This document shows, one piece after another, positions 39,942 to 54,386 of a DNA stretch of 64,000 bases; within the stretch, counting starts at the first letter, position 1, and every line of letters begins with the position of its first letter. The notes under the pieces were generated by a model that was not told where the DNA came from, ran no database searches, and was given only the letters and a program-made list of their open reading frames with translations. The position numbers and the translations under genes are program-made. This stretch comes from a virus. Its lineage: Duplodnaviria > Caudoviricetes. The DNA lies in the IMG/VR virus record IMGVR_UViG_3300028591_000099, positions 1 through 64,000 of that record. The stretch is one strand, 5' to 3'.

Positions 39942-42900
39942 ATGGCTAAACAGTTAAATGTTGATTTAAGGTTTAATGCGGATACTTCGCAAGCCAAAAG
40001 AGAGATTCAGCAACTACAGCAGTCGTTGGATAAATTAATGACTAATAGCGTGAAGAATACTCCTTTGCAGGATTTTTCTAAAGGCATGATCGAAGCTCAA
40101 CAATCTGCGATGAAACTACAATCTGTTCTAGAAAAAGCAGTAAATGTAGATACTGGTAGATTAGATTTAGTCAAATTTGATCAACAATTAAGAGATTCTG
40201 GATTAACTTTAGACAAATTAGGGTCTCAATTATCTTCATTAGGACCAGACGGCCAACAGGCTTTTCTGCAATTAGCTAATAGTATAGTTACCGCTCAGAA
40301 GCCAATGCGAGAAACTAACAAATTATTAGATGGCATGTGGACTGCATTAAAGAATACAGCTAGATGGCAATTATCTAGTAGTATTTTACATGGATTTATG
40401 GGTGCTTTACAAGGAGCATATGGCTATGCTCAAGATTTAAATGAATCTTTAACTAATATCGCTATTGTTACTGGTCGGTCTGTAGATCAAATGCGAGATT
40501 TTGCTACTCAGGCGAATAAGGCAGCCCAGGCTTTAAGTACGACTACAACGGCATATACAGATGCGGCATTAATTTATTATCAGCAAGGTTTAAGTGATGA
40601 AGAGGTCAAAGCAAGAACTGATGTCACTATTCAAATGGCGAATGTTACTGGCGAATCAGCAGAACATGTATCTAGTTATATGACTGCGATTTGGAATAAC
40701 TTCGCAAAAGGTGGAGAAGATTTAGCTTTATTCGCGGACAAGATTACTGCTCTTGGTGCAGCAACCGCTTCTAGTTCAGAAGAAATCGCGAACGGTATGC
40801 AACAGTTCGCTGCAATCGCAGATACGGTTGGATTAAGTTATGATTATGCGGCAACTGCATTAGCAACTGTTGTAGCACAAACTCGTCAATCAGAATCTAC
40901 TGTTGGTAATAGTTTTAGAACAATTTTCTCAAGATTAGAGGGTTTAAAACTTGGCGAAACATTGGAAGATGGTACTGATTTAAATAAATACTCTAAAGCA
41001 TTAGAGACTATCGGAGTTAGTATTAAAGACCAAAATGGTGAGTTAAAAGATATGGATACCATTTTGGATGAAATTGGTTCAAAATGAGAAACATTAGGTA
41101 GAGATACTCAAATTGCATTAGCTCAAACTGTTGGTGGCGTAAGGCAATATGCTAATTTAATTGCTTTATTTGATCATTGAGATACATTCCAAAAAAACTT
41201 AGCAATTACTCAAGGGGCAGAAGGCACTCTTCAAGAGCAAGCTGATATTTATGCTGAGAGTTGAGAAGCAGCTCAAAAAAGAGTTAAGGCTGCTTGAGAA
41301 TCTATTTATCAAGACTTAATTAGCGATAAATTTTTTACAACTATCTTAAATGGTTTAGCGGATGTGCTAAAAGGTGTCGATGCTTTAATCAAGGGAATTG
41401 GCGGTTTACCTGGAGTATTAGCTGCAACTAGTGCTGCAGTAACAAAGCTTTTTGGTCCTAAATTACAAGAAAGTTTGAAAACTTTTCAAAATAATTTAAA
41501 TACTACTTTTTATGGGGATGAAATTGCGGCTCAAATAGCAAAAGAAGCAAAAGAAGCTGCATTAAAATTAAAAGGGGATAAACTTGAAGATCAAGCCCAA
41601 AATACAATTATAGATAATCAAATTCTTCAAATAGATTTAAATGAAGAACTTAGAAAAAAGCGACTTGAATTAAAAGATAGTGAAATAGAATATTATCAAG
41701 CTTTATTAAAAACTACTGAAGAATTAGCTAAACAAAGTTCTTTGGCAACCGAAGCGAATATTAAAGCTGGTGATAAATTAAAAGAAGCACAAGGAAATTT
41801 TGATTTTAGTATATATACTTCTGATAAAAATTTTTCTTCTAAAAAAGAACAAATGTATAGTGATTTTTTTTCTGGAAGGAATTCACTTGGTCAAAAATTT
41901 TATCAAGAAGCAATATCAGCAGAAGATGAAGCATTAGTTGGTGTATTGACAAAAAAATATGAAAAATTATGGTTAAATGTAGGAAAAACTAAAGAAGAAT
42001 TTGCAAATTTAGTAAGAGCTATACGAGAAAAACATTTAGCTGAGCGAGCAGATTCTGAGGCCAATGCTAAAAATTTAATTGTTTCTAAAGCTGTAGAAAT
42101 GTCTATAAAGGGGCAAAAGGATGCAGCACAATCACTTCTTACAGTAACAAAAGAAGCTATTGAGAGCAAAAAAGCTGAAATTGAGGCTAATAAAGGTGAT
42201 GAAGAAACTATTAAAAGGCTTACCAAAGAATTAAACAATTTAAAACAAATACAAGATAATTTAGAGCATGATCCAAAAGGCAGCTTATCAAAAGAATTAC
42301 AACAAGAATTTGATAAAAGAATGAAGGAACAGCCCGAATTCGAGCAGATAGGTTTTAATTTTAATACAAAAAAAATAGTAGAAGGAGCTCAAGCGGTTTC
42401 TCAATTAACAACAGGAATTGTTTCATTAACTTCTGCCTTCAAAGTATTCGGAGATGAAAGTTTAACTGCGGGCGAAGCAATAACCCAATTTTTTACTGGT
42501 ATTTTAGTTGCAATTCCAGCAATAATAAGTGGATTGCAAAGTTTAACCACTGCTTTATTAGGTGCGGAAGCAGCTTCATTAGGACTGGGTAAAGCTTTAT
42601 TAGTATCGTTAACAACAAAAATTATACCTTTTTTAGCGGCTTTGGCTACAAATCCTATTACTTGAGTTGTTGGGGCAATAGCTGCAATATCTTGATTTTC
42701 AAAAACTAGTAAAAGAGAATTAGAACAAGCTCGAAAAGAAGCTGAAGAAACGCAAAAAAAATTTGAAGAACTTAAACAAAATTATGAAGGTGTTAAATCT
42801 GCTTTAGAACAACACCAAGAAGCTAAAACTGCATTAGAAAAATTAAAAAAGGGAACTTTAGAGTGAGATGAAGCTGTACAAAAACTTAATTCTGATGTTA

Positions 42901-45900
42901 TAGATTTAATAGAGAAATATCCGGATTTAGCTAAATATGTTGATAGTACTGGAGATTATTTGTCTATTTCTCAAGAAGGAATGGAACAATACTTAAAATA
43001 TAAACGACAAGAAGCTTTTGAAGGAGAGAACGGTCAACTCGCAGTATATAGTGCTAATCGAAATACAAATAATAAAGATAGAGAAGATAAATTATCTTCT
43101 TTAGGCACAAATTTAGCAAAAAATGCCCCTTTAAATGATCAACAAATAGCAGCTATTATTCAGGCTTTTGATAAAAATAGTAAAGCTTGAGAAAATAGAA
43201 ATACTTTACGCGAATTGATGGAATCAACAGAAGAGTTGATACCTTTATTTAATAGTCTCGGTGAAGATGCAATTAATGGTTTAATTAATGATATTTACAA
43301 TAATCGAGATAAAATACAAGAGTATATTGCTTCTGATCATTCTTCTGCTGACGATATCCTACGAAAAAATATAATTTCTCAAGGTTTAGGAATTTATTAT
43401 GATGGTTTAACAGATAATACTCCATTTAAGCAACAAGTTGATCAAATTATTATTGATAGAGTTAGTGAAATTTGGGATGGTAGTAAAGATACTTTTAAAA
43501 AAGCTTTAGATACTGCTGTGGCTGAATTTAGAGATAATCCAAATGCAATTATTAGTCAAGCAAAAGCTAATGCTCCAAGTGAATCTCTTGAACATCATGT
43601 TCCATTAAATGTAAATGCAGATGATCTTAGTAATTATAAAGGCCAAACTGAAGATTTGATGCAAGAAATTGAAGAAATGGCCGACTTTATTCAAGATAAT
43701 GTTAATAAAGGTGTATTAAAAGAATTAGATAAACATTTAATAGATTGCCGTTCAGAAACAGAAAAATTTGCATATAGCGTAATTAGATTTGATGATGCTC
43801 TTCAAGATATGACTGAAAACTATGATGATTGAATGGACGCTTTGGAAAGTGGTGCCATTAAAAGTCAAGTAGAAACAATGCAAGAGCTTAGAAAAACTTA
43901 CGGCAACTTTTTAGATATGGATGGCAGTAAGTTATCTGCAGAATTTTTAAGCAATGCTGAAAATTTAGAAAAAATGAAAATGGCTGCTTCTGGAACTGGA
44001 GAAGAAGCAGAAAAAGCTTATAATGAATTAGAAAGATTGGCTGCTGAAGATTTATTCATTCATGTTTATTTCCCAAATAGCCCAGAACTCCAAGCTCAAG
44101 CAATGAGTGTTTATGATGATTTACAATCTTATTTTGATAATAATCAAATAAGAATTGGAGGATTCTTTGTTGAAGGAGACCTTCAAAGTGGTATAGCTGC
44201 TATTGACAGTTTAAACAAAGTAATAAATGAAACTGCTAAATCTGCAGAAGAAGCTGAACAAATCTTAATGGATGCTTATGGAGTGGATGCTGAAGTAGAA
44301 GAAATTCATGTAAAAGAAGAAGATAAAGATAGATATTTAAATGCTATAGCCGATGTAACATATCAATCTGTGCCTACTGCACAGGCTGTTGGTGTTGGTG
44401 CTGGATTACTGGGTGGTGCTGCAAGTTTAGTTGGAGGAGGAATGACTCAAGTTCCATCGATTAAATATACTTTAGATCCAGCTGAAGATACCACAAACCA
44501 TGAAGGTACTGTACCAGTATTCCGAATTAAAAACGCCCATAGAGCTAGTGGTGGAGGAGTGAAGTTTAAGCATTCTAATTATGGCGGCGGTGGAGCTGGT
44601 AAAAAATCTGGTGGTGGAGGTGGTTCCAAAACACCAAAACGCACTACCCAAAAGCCAAAAGAGCATATTAAAAATGTAGCTGAAAAAGATCGTTATCATA
44701 ATATAAAAGAAAAAATCGAAGACCTCAATACTGAAATGGAGCGTCTCAATAAAAATGAAGATAGAGCCTATGGTAAAGATCGTGTTAAATACATGGATCA
44801 AATGACCGATAAGATTGAGGATCAAATCGGTTTAACTAAAGAATATATTAAAGAAATTGAGGCTTATGCTAAAACTGATAAGAAAGCATTAGAGCAATCT
44901 TTAAAAGAAATTGGCATGAGCCAACGAGAAATAGCGAATCAGTTTGGGCCAGACGGTGTACTTAAAGACTACGAAGGTCTTTTGGATAAAATCCAGAAAA
45001 AATTTGATGCGACTGCGACAGCATCTTATAATAGTGCTATTGATGCTTACAATAGAGCAGTAGACGCATTTAATAATGGACCACAAGATGATGCTGCTAA
45101 AGAAAGTTTTGATAAAGCCAAAGAAACTTTAGACGCGGCAAAAGAAACCTACGATAAACAAAAAGAACAATACGAACAGCAACTCAAGAATTTAAAACAA
45201 TATGAAGATACAATTAATCTCTGACAAGAAAAGAACCAAGAGCTAATCGATCAGTTAAATGACTTATATGATAAAATGCTTGAAATTGCTTCATATAAAG
45301 TTGAATTAAGTCTTGATGTAAGTGCTGATGACAAAAAGTTCTTAGAATGGATTTATCAACATTTAGGAGATGAAGCAGATAGAGCTGCTGATAGAGTTGC
45401 TAATTTAGGCAAACAAATGAAGACTACCCAGAATGAAATCGCAACTTATTCTAAAGGCATTAGTGATTTATTCGCAATGCACGGAATTGATGTTGATTTA
45501 AATAATGGTAATCTTAATAGGGCACAACTTGCTTCAAATCTTGAGAAGTTTATTGAAGATATGAGGAAAAATGGCAGTGAAGCAGATATGCAGACTGTCA
45601 TTGAAAAGTTTTCTGAATATAGAGATGGTCTAATGGACTCTTATGATACATTAAGAGATCTAAGTAATGAAGTTACTGAGAATGTAGTTAATGCATTTGA
45701 CGAATGGAATGAAAAACTTGAAAAGAACTTAGACTTAATGGATCACTATGACACTGTAATTGATAGCTATAAAGCAATTGCGGATTTACTGGGTCAAGAC
45801 CAATTAGGATTAACTGATACCCAATTAGCGATTTATGAAGATGCTAAACTTCATAACCAGCAAAATGCGGCGGCCGCTTCAAAGGATGCCTACGACGCGA

Positions 45901-47627
45901 TTATCAAGCAACGTATTGAGGCAGAGCAAGCACTCGCACAAGCATCTAGTGAAGAAGAACGCAATCGTTGACAAGAAATCTTAGATCATATCCTTGAAAC
46001 AGAGAAAGAGGCCGAAGAAGAATATCTCAAACGTTGAGAAGATGCTTTAAGACAAGCAGAAGAAAACTTCCAGGCTTCACTAGAACGTAATGAAAAAGCA
46101 TATAAAAAATCATTAGGAGCTGGCACTGGAACATTAGATATGCTCCAAGAGCAACTTGAAATGCAGAAAGAACTTGATAACTTATATTTAGATGATTATG
46201 AAAAATATAAGAAATTAGGTGATTTAACTGCTAATATAAATAAATCATTAGCGAATAATCCTAATATCAAGATTCAGAATAAGATGAAAGACTTGCTTGA
46301 TGATGTCAATGCGAAAATGGCGGATGGTGCCCAAATCTCCGAAGGAGAGGCGACCATCTTAGAAAAACGCTTGATGTTGTTACAGGCCGAAGACCAGTTA
46401 ATGGCAGCTCGCAACGCCAAGTCCGCAGTCAGAATGACAAGAGATAATGAAGGAAACTTCAGTTATACTTATACAGCAGACGCAGATAAAATCCAAGACG
46501 CTCAACAAAACTATGCTGATAAGTTCTATGAACTTCTGGATTATGAACGTCAATATGCTGATGATACTCAAGCAGGAATGTTGCAATCATGACAAGATTT
46601 CTTAAGCAAGAGAAACGACATATTAGATGATGATATGTTAAGTGATGCTGAAAGAAATAAGGCTTTAGAAAAGCTCAAAGGTGATTATGCTGATATCGTC
46701 AATTATTATGCTGATGAACTGGCTATGGTTACCGGCGAAATGGATAGATTGAAAACTGATGACTGGAAGGATATGGAACAGTTCTTAGGTAGATTACTAG
46801 CTGGACCAGATGATTTCCAAACTGACTTAAGTCAAACAGTTTTAGGTCAAATCGCCAATGGAGAATGAACCGCTCCAGAAGAGTTAGTTGAATCTTGGAC
46901 GAATGCGGCTAATACAATGTATGATGCTGATAGTGCGGCCAGACAGAAGTGGATTGAGTCCAATGAAGAAACCAATAGACGAGTTGATACAACTACAGCA
47001 GAGTTTGCGGCTAATTATGAAAAGAATTATAATAAAGTGGCTGCGGCCTCCGATGCTGCTGCGGAATCAGCCGAGAATATGGCACAAGCAATGGGCCCGG
47101 CTATGGAAGCGGTTACCGACGCCGCAAAAGCATTTGACGATCAATTCGGGACATATATGGATAATGTAGTTCAGAATATTGAACGAGTAGTTGATGCTAT
47201 TAATAATATGAAAGAAGCATTAGCCGGAGTTGATCCAGCCTTCTACGAACAAATTTTAGATAGTTCAACATCTCCAAGGTCTACTTCTGGATTAAATCCA
47301 GTTAGTGGTGCTACCGGTATGTATACTGGTGCATGAGGTGCTGGTGGAAAACTGGCTATTCTGCACGAAAAAGAATTAGTATTAAATAAAGATGATACTG
47401 CTAATTTATTACAAGCAGTTGACTTTATTAGAAACATGCCTGCGTTCCAGGGAGCAAACTTAGGTAGTGGCATTAATTATAACTCACTTGCGGCAGTCGG
47501 CTCTACCGGTCTACAACAGCAAGTTCATATTGATGCATCATTCCCGAACGTGCAATCACATAATGAGATTGAACTAGCATTAAATAATTTAATTAACTCA
47601 GCTAGTCAATATGTCAATAGAAAATAA
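39942..47627 (+). CDS. tape measure protein, 2561 aa (about 15 TGA=Trp)
   Basis: ten ORF-track fragments share one frame; TP901-type tape-measure segment (ATASSSEEIA..MQQ, VGNSFRTIFSRL). Confidence 0.85.
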
Positions 47628-47631
47628 TTTT

Positions 47632-47667
47632 TAGGGGAGACCACTTTTGTCTCCCCTATTTTTTTTT
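47632..47667 (+). terminator. intrinsic terminator
   Basis: TAGGGGAGAC/GTCTCCCCTA stem plus T-run. Confidence 0.85.
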
Positions 47668-47741
47668 GGCCAATTAAAGATAAGAAAATAGGTTAGATTT
47701 TTTAATAATAAAAGAGATAAGAGAAAAAGGAGGTAGGATAT

Positions 47742-50700
47742 ATGGCAAATACAGATGCTAATAAGGTTAATGATTTTGAAGAGATTTTAAACCGAGCTAT
47801 GGAAATCCACGCTCAAAACGCAATTCAAGGTCTACCTTTTAACAAAACTGAATTAGCAGAAATTGTTGATATAACAAACCATGACTCTGGCAGATACGTA
47901 GTCTGAAATGGTTCAACAAGATATGAAGCAATTTCAGAGAATACCGCTTATAAAATGGGTATGAAAGTTTATGTCAATATCCCAAATAATGATTTTACAG
48001 GGCAGAAAACCATTATAGGTCAATACAGACAGGATGGTGAGACTGCTGTCTTTTATAAATCACCACTTGAAATGTATGAACCTTTAAGTGCGGACTTAAT
48101 AAAAGATACTACTTATAGTCCTAGTGAGAATCCGACCGGTGAATACGAGTTATTAATGAACCGTAAAATCGCGGGTGATGTCACAAGCGAGCAGGGGCCG
48201 CAAACCCTAACTATATTTGAGGCTTCTGGATTACAAAGTAGCCCTTATAATGGTTATAAATATATGGGAATATCTGCTGACTTTAAGTCTTTATTAGGAG
48301 GATTTAGCCCAACTACTGGAGATTATGGATTACGTGTTGTTGTAAAGTATCTCCAAGAGAACGAAGTCACAGATGACACACAAATAAAAGAAAAGATATT
48401 TACATTATCAGCAGTAAAGGATATGTTTGGTGATGTATATAATTTCAAAACATATTTCCCACAAGAAGCCTTATATAATGTTGAAGATTTAATAATAGAC
48501 TCGGTTAAAGTCGAGTTTTATCAAGATGGTAATTTTCTAAATACTGAAGGTAATCTTATTACCTATGATACTACTGGAATAATTGGGAAAGTTCCCAATA
48601 ATATCTTTATGAAAAATCTATCTATTGTATTCGGTAATGACCCAATTAGCGACAATGATAGAGTTAAAATATATCCTTTAAATGGAACAACTTATGATAG
48701 TGCACAAAAAGAATCTCTTAATTTAAAGGCAATTAAACTACAGTGAACCCATTTAAACCCTGATACAAATGAATATGAAGTCCTTGAAACTTCTTCAGCA
48801 GCAAGAAAAATCTCGGATTTAGATCCTTATACAATACATTGATATAGAGATTCAATATATGAGACAAGTGATTATATTGATGTAGTAAGTGCGGAAACAG
48901 ACGCAGCGAAGAAATCTGAGTTATATGACGCAATTGTCGCAGACTTGGAAAGAGAAACTCCAGAAGAAAGCATGGATACTTATGCTAGATTTGTTTCAAC
49001 TTTTAAACTTAGAGCTGGAATGCACTATGGAATTGGACCTCAAGCTGGCGTTGATATTAAAGGCGGCACATATGTTATTACTGCCGAAGGTATTGCATAT
49101 GCGAAGCGTCAAGTAGAAAATGCCTTGAGGACAGCTGAAGCACAAAAGACTAAGGCCGCAGATGATTTAGCTGGTCCATTTTGAACTGCGATAACTGAAA
49201 GTAAAGATACGTGAGAAATTAAAGATTTTTTACCAGATCTAAAACGCAGTTTATCTAAAGTCAAAGTAGTTATTACTTATGGAGCAGGTGATAATTTAGT
49301 TCAAGTTGAATCTAATGAACTTCAGTTTAATAATTTAAGAGAAGTATTAGATGATGATAAATCTAATCGAATGAGTATTACCTTTAAAGATGGAACAAAT
49401 GGTGATTATCCTATTTATAATAGCACTGATGGTAAGCTATTAAGTCGATTAGAGGTCAAAGACCGCATCTTAGAAGCAGATTTATTGGATAGCAGAGGAA
49501 AATCTTGTCTTAATGGTAATGAAATTATTATATGGCAATTACCAAAAATTGGATCAATGATTCAATTTGTTTCTCCAGCTTTGACTGCAAATAATGGAGT
49601 CAAATTATTAGAAAATGATGAAATATTTAGTCAATATCCGAAGGATATTCAATATAATGATAGATACTATTTCATCAAAAGAGAGGCTGTCAATACTGAA
49701 GGAAATTCAGTATCAAAAATTCAAACATATAGAATCGCAGAATACTTTAATAAAGGTAATACTAACAATACGGTGTTTTGCTATATAATAAAAAATAATG
49801 AAATATTTAAGCAGTCAGTCACAATGACATTTAACCAACACGGCACGAGTGGGACTGACTATACATTCACTCTTGGATTAGGTCCAAAAGTGACTGCGGA
49901 TTGAGAAGTTGTTGGGCCTGCGGACACAGCCTTAACAATTGGCGAAGCAACTAGCGATAATCGTGCTATTTATAATGAAATAGTATTTGATTTATTTAAT
50001 TCAAAGAACGAAAAAATTGAATTGACACCACAGCAAAAAAATGCTATAATAAAAAAGTGGATGGCGGTAGATGTTACTGGTGGAGGTTATTATTTAACTA
50101 CACAGGCATCAAAAAATAATCTACAATTTATTACACAAGAAGATGAAAACGAGAATAGTGTTAGAGTAGCCGTAAGAGCTCCTCTTACAAATGCGGAAGG
50201 GAATAGAAATGGAACATATAGTTTCAATAATATTACATTTCAAGCCGAAATAAAAGATGTGATAGAAGAACTTGGCAATGAAGTAAATTTCGTTCAGTTA
50301 ATGCCACTACATGTCAGAGCCGCAAATACTCATTGGGTATTAAACGGTTCAGATTATGTCGTATATGATGATAAAGGTGCCAATCCGCAATACTATAATG
50401 ATAAATATGAGTTAATTGACCCAACAAAAGAGTCAACAGATGAAGGCTACAAATTAGAGCAATATTTTTGAATTAGATCAAACAATACTGCAAATGATGA
50501 GGCCGGTCAGTATATCCCACATTTTTCAAGTGAAGATAAACATAGCGGTAAGTTAGTGCCGCCGCCATTATTCGTAAGTGATGTTGGAGCCACATGAGTA
50601 GAATGTAGTCAAAATGATCACACAGATTCAGCCAATGGCATTTACTATAATTGGCAATATACATTCCCCTTAATCATTATTCAGAATAAGTATGGAGTGC

Positions 50701-51998
50701 CTGCTTTAAATAAATGAAATGGGGATTTATTAGTAGATGCTGCTGGTAATAAAATCTTGACCGCAATGGTAGGGGCCGGTCACAAAGATGCAGAAAATAC
50801 ATTTACTGGTGTAGTAATGGGTGATGTAGAACATCAAGACCCATATCAAGGAAACGCTCTTAAAAAGTCTACTGGATTATTTGGATACAAAGAAGGCAGT
50901 CAAACTTTTGGATTTGATACAGATGGAACCGCGTTCTTAGGTAAATCTGGCAATGGGCGTATTTATGTTGATGGCAATACTGGTAAAATTACTAGTGCTG
51001 CTAGAGAGGCTTATGATATTAACCGTGCTTTATATAATAAGACAGGAGACAGCCAATATAATGATACTGACCCAAGAGGCACCGAGATTAATTTAAAAGA
51101 AAATTATATCCAAATTGATGGTATTGGTAATAAGGCTCAAATTCAAATGTCTGTTGATGGTAGTAGTAAACCATATTTTAGAGTTCAAAGCACCGCAGGA
51201 CATAAAATGTTTGAGGTAAATAATACCAATTATTATTTACAAACAGATGATTATGTAAACGACGAAGGGACTGAAACTGGAAAAGGTCTTAAAATTGACT
51301 TAAAGAATGGGACTTTTGATAGTAAAGGACCATTAACTATAAATGGTGCTTCTGGTTCTCAAATACATTTTGGCGGAAATACAAAATATCTTGAATTAGG
51401 ATATAATGGCACAAATGCCTATTTAACTTCTACAGATAAATTAAGTTTGAGTGCTGGAACATTAGGAGCAAATTCTAGTTTTTACTTATCTAATACAAAT
51501 GGTAGTGGCACTGTAGCTCAAACGCAACGCACAGATTGAAGGTTAACTTTAGGCGAAAATTTTGGTGTGACTCAAAATGGAGCATTATATGCTAAGGCAG
51601 GCAAGATTGGCGATGTAGAAATTATTGGAGGTAATTTAAGAGTACAAAAATTATGAATTGGGGATACTCCTTATACTCCAACTGATATTGAGTTTGTAAC
51701 TGGCATAACGGTAAGTGCTACACACGGCACAGTATCTAATACAGTCACCTATATTAAACCAACAATACTATATGATGATAACTTATTAACAGAAAATACA
51801 AAATGTTATTTGGATGCTAGTGGAAATTTACACTGAGAACCAGCAAAACTTACTGTAACAAGATGAAGTACTGAAACTGCAACCGCAACCACATATGCGG
51901 ATGTTGTTAAGTCTATAACTGTTTCTTATACAACAAAAAAAGGCCGCGTATTAGGAAATTGAGATGGCGAAGGCGGTTCTTATACATGAAGTCGATAA
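47742..51998 (+). CDS. tail/baseplate hub or spike protein, 1418 aa (many TGA=Trp)
   Basis: joins ORFs 47955, 48945, 49371, 50022, 50757; Gly/Asn/Thr-rich beta C-terminus. Confidence 0.7.
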
Positions 51999-52007
51999 GG
52001 AGATTTT

Positions 52008-52283
52008 ATGAACGGATTAATGAAGCAATTTGAACAAAACTTATATGATCTTATTAATAACAGCCAATTACAAATAGGAGAGGCTTATTATATTTTAAAA
52101 TGTGCTTTATTAGATTTAGAAAAACTTTATAATCAAAGCATTGAAGATGATTTATCTAAAACTAATGAAAATACTCGGCAAGAAACTATTCAAGTTTCTA
52201 ATATAGAAGACCAGCATTTAGACTTAGTTGGAGAAGAAGTAAGAGAACATATAAAAGGAGAAAAGGGAGAATTTTATGAGTAA
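52008..52283 (+). CDS. hypothetical protein
   Basis: AAGGAG RBS. Confidence 0.7.
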   Translation: MNGLMKQFEQNLYDLINNSQLQIGEAYYILKCALLDLEKLYNQSIEDDLSKTNENTRQETIQVSNIEDQHLDLVGEEVREHIKGEKGEFYE

Positions 52284-52479
52284 TAATACACAGATGCTTC
52301 AGAGTATTTTAGAAGCACTTATGACAATTAATACAAAAGGCAATGATACCATTACAATGGCGAATTGTCTTCAAGCTTTGCAGCAAACACTTCAAGGTGT
52401 TGCTGAATTAGAACAAAGAATTGCGGCTCCAGCTGAACCGGCCGGTTATAGCGAGCCCGCAACCGCAATAGAAGAGTAA
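52276..52479 (+). CDS. hypothetical protein
   Basis: GGGAG RBS, coupled to previous gene. Confidence 0.7.
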   Translation: MSNNTQMLQSILEALMTINTKGNDTITMANCLQALQQTLQGVAELEQRIAAPAEPAGYSEPATAIEE

Positions 52480-52493
52480 AGGAGAGAACAAGT

Positions 52494-54386
52494 ATGGCAA
52501 AATTATATCCTCCATATATAGAAGGAACTTTGCCAGCATTCTGTTTAGAAAATGGGGGTGGCACAATAGTCATCCCCTTTGCCTTAAATAAGGCAGTCAG
52601 TAAAAGTGAAATTGGCGGAATAAAAGCAAAAATTAAAACAGTTCAACAAGATATCTTATTAGGAGATATTGCTTGTAATCTTGATTTAGATAAATATCAA
52701 GCAACAATTAAGGTTGAAGATGGAGAGATACCAGTAGAAACGGGATCTCCCATACCAGTAGATATCGGGCAGTTTTATAAAATACAATTAGCCTTTATTG
52801 ATGAATCAACAAAAGAAATTGGATATTATTCTACTGTTGGTGTAACAAAATGCACTTCAAAACCCAAAGTTTATATCGCTAAGAGAGACAAAGAAGGGCA
52901 TTTAGTTCCATTAGAAGCCAATGGTGTTAGTAATAATACCAATGAATATGTAGGGGTATTCGAACAGGGTGAAGGCGGAGATGTTACTGAAAAGGTATAT
53001 TCAAGAAGATTTATAATAACAGATTTGGCAGGTAATGAGATTGTCAATACTGGAGATGTTCTACATAATGTAGAGAATAATCCAGACTCATACTGGTCTT
53101 ATGATATTTTAAAGTTTAATAGAGATTTTGAGTTTGGAAGAATATATAAAATAAAATATGAAGTTACAACTAATAATAACTTAGTAGATGAAAATGGAGA
53201 AAAAATAGCATCGCAGTGATATTTATTAACCCAACAGAAATCATTAAGTATGGAACTTCAAGGTAGTTTAGAAGTAGACTTAAACTATGATGAGGGTTAT
53301 ATTGATGTCAGCATTGAAGGTGCGTTAAAAAATGTGGTTCTTAATTATAAAGATGCTAAAGGCCAAGAGCAGACAGAAACCATTGATTATATTACCCCAA
53401 CTAATTTATATAATAAATTACAAGGATATAAAGAAAAAGGGTATACTGATTTATCTCAAACCAATGATGGTGAAGAGATTGCGGCCGGGGCATTTTTGCT
53501 GTCAAGGGAAGATAGCCTTAATCCAGGTATCTGGGAAGAATTAACCAGATTCGCATTAAGTTATGAATCCCCGAGTAAAACGGTATTTAGAGATTTCACA
53601 ATCGAGCAAGGTAAAACTTATGTATATTCCATTCAGCAATATAATGATAATGGAATATACTCCGACCGCAAAAAGAGTAAAGAAATTTATGCTGACTTTG
53701 AAGATATGTTCTTATTTGATGGGGAAAGGCAATTAAAATTACGTTTTAATCCGCAAGTAAGTAGCCTTAAAACGCAATTAGCAGAAACTAGAACTGACAC
53801 TATTGGAAGTAAATATCCATTCTTCTTTAGAAATGCGAGAGTTGGGTATAAAACATTCCCAATATCTGGTTTAATATCTATGGAGTCGGATAACGCTCAA
53901 TTTTTTACAACTTTTAAGAGTATCTTAAAAGAAAGTTGGGATAAAGAACGTCACGATTCTAAAAAAGATAAAAAAGAAAATCCAGATGTATATTCGCATA
54001 TTTGATTGAAAAATAAAAACTATACATCTGAAAGATTATTTAAATTACAAGTATTAGATTGATTTAACGATGGTAAAGTTAAATTATTTAAATCTCCAGG
54101 AGAAGGCAACTATTTAGTTCGACTTATGGATACCTCATTAAGTCCAGAGAACGCACTGGGTCGTATGTTACATAATGTAAGTTCTACTGCGTATGAGTGT
54201 GCTGAGTGTAGTTATGAAAATAAGATTGCGTATAAAATTATTAGAGATATTGATACTGATGAAATTATTGATGAATCTTATGCTACTAACTGGAGAGAAG
54301 AATCTATTGGTAATAAGATACAGAGTATAAGCGATTATAATGCTTATATTATTAGTGAAATAGAGAAGAGGAAAGGAGGAGCATAA
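52494..54386 (+). CDS. baseplate/distal tail protein, 630 aa (3 TGA=Trp)
   Basis: joins ORFs 52494, 53250, 54126. Confidence 0.7.

Noticed and set aside
39297-39942. Tail chaperone G/GT-type frameshift
   Set aside because: No convincing slippery site and no long downstream frame; a terminator-like hairpin follows.
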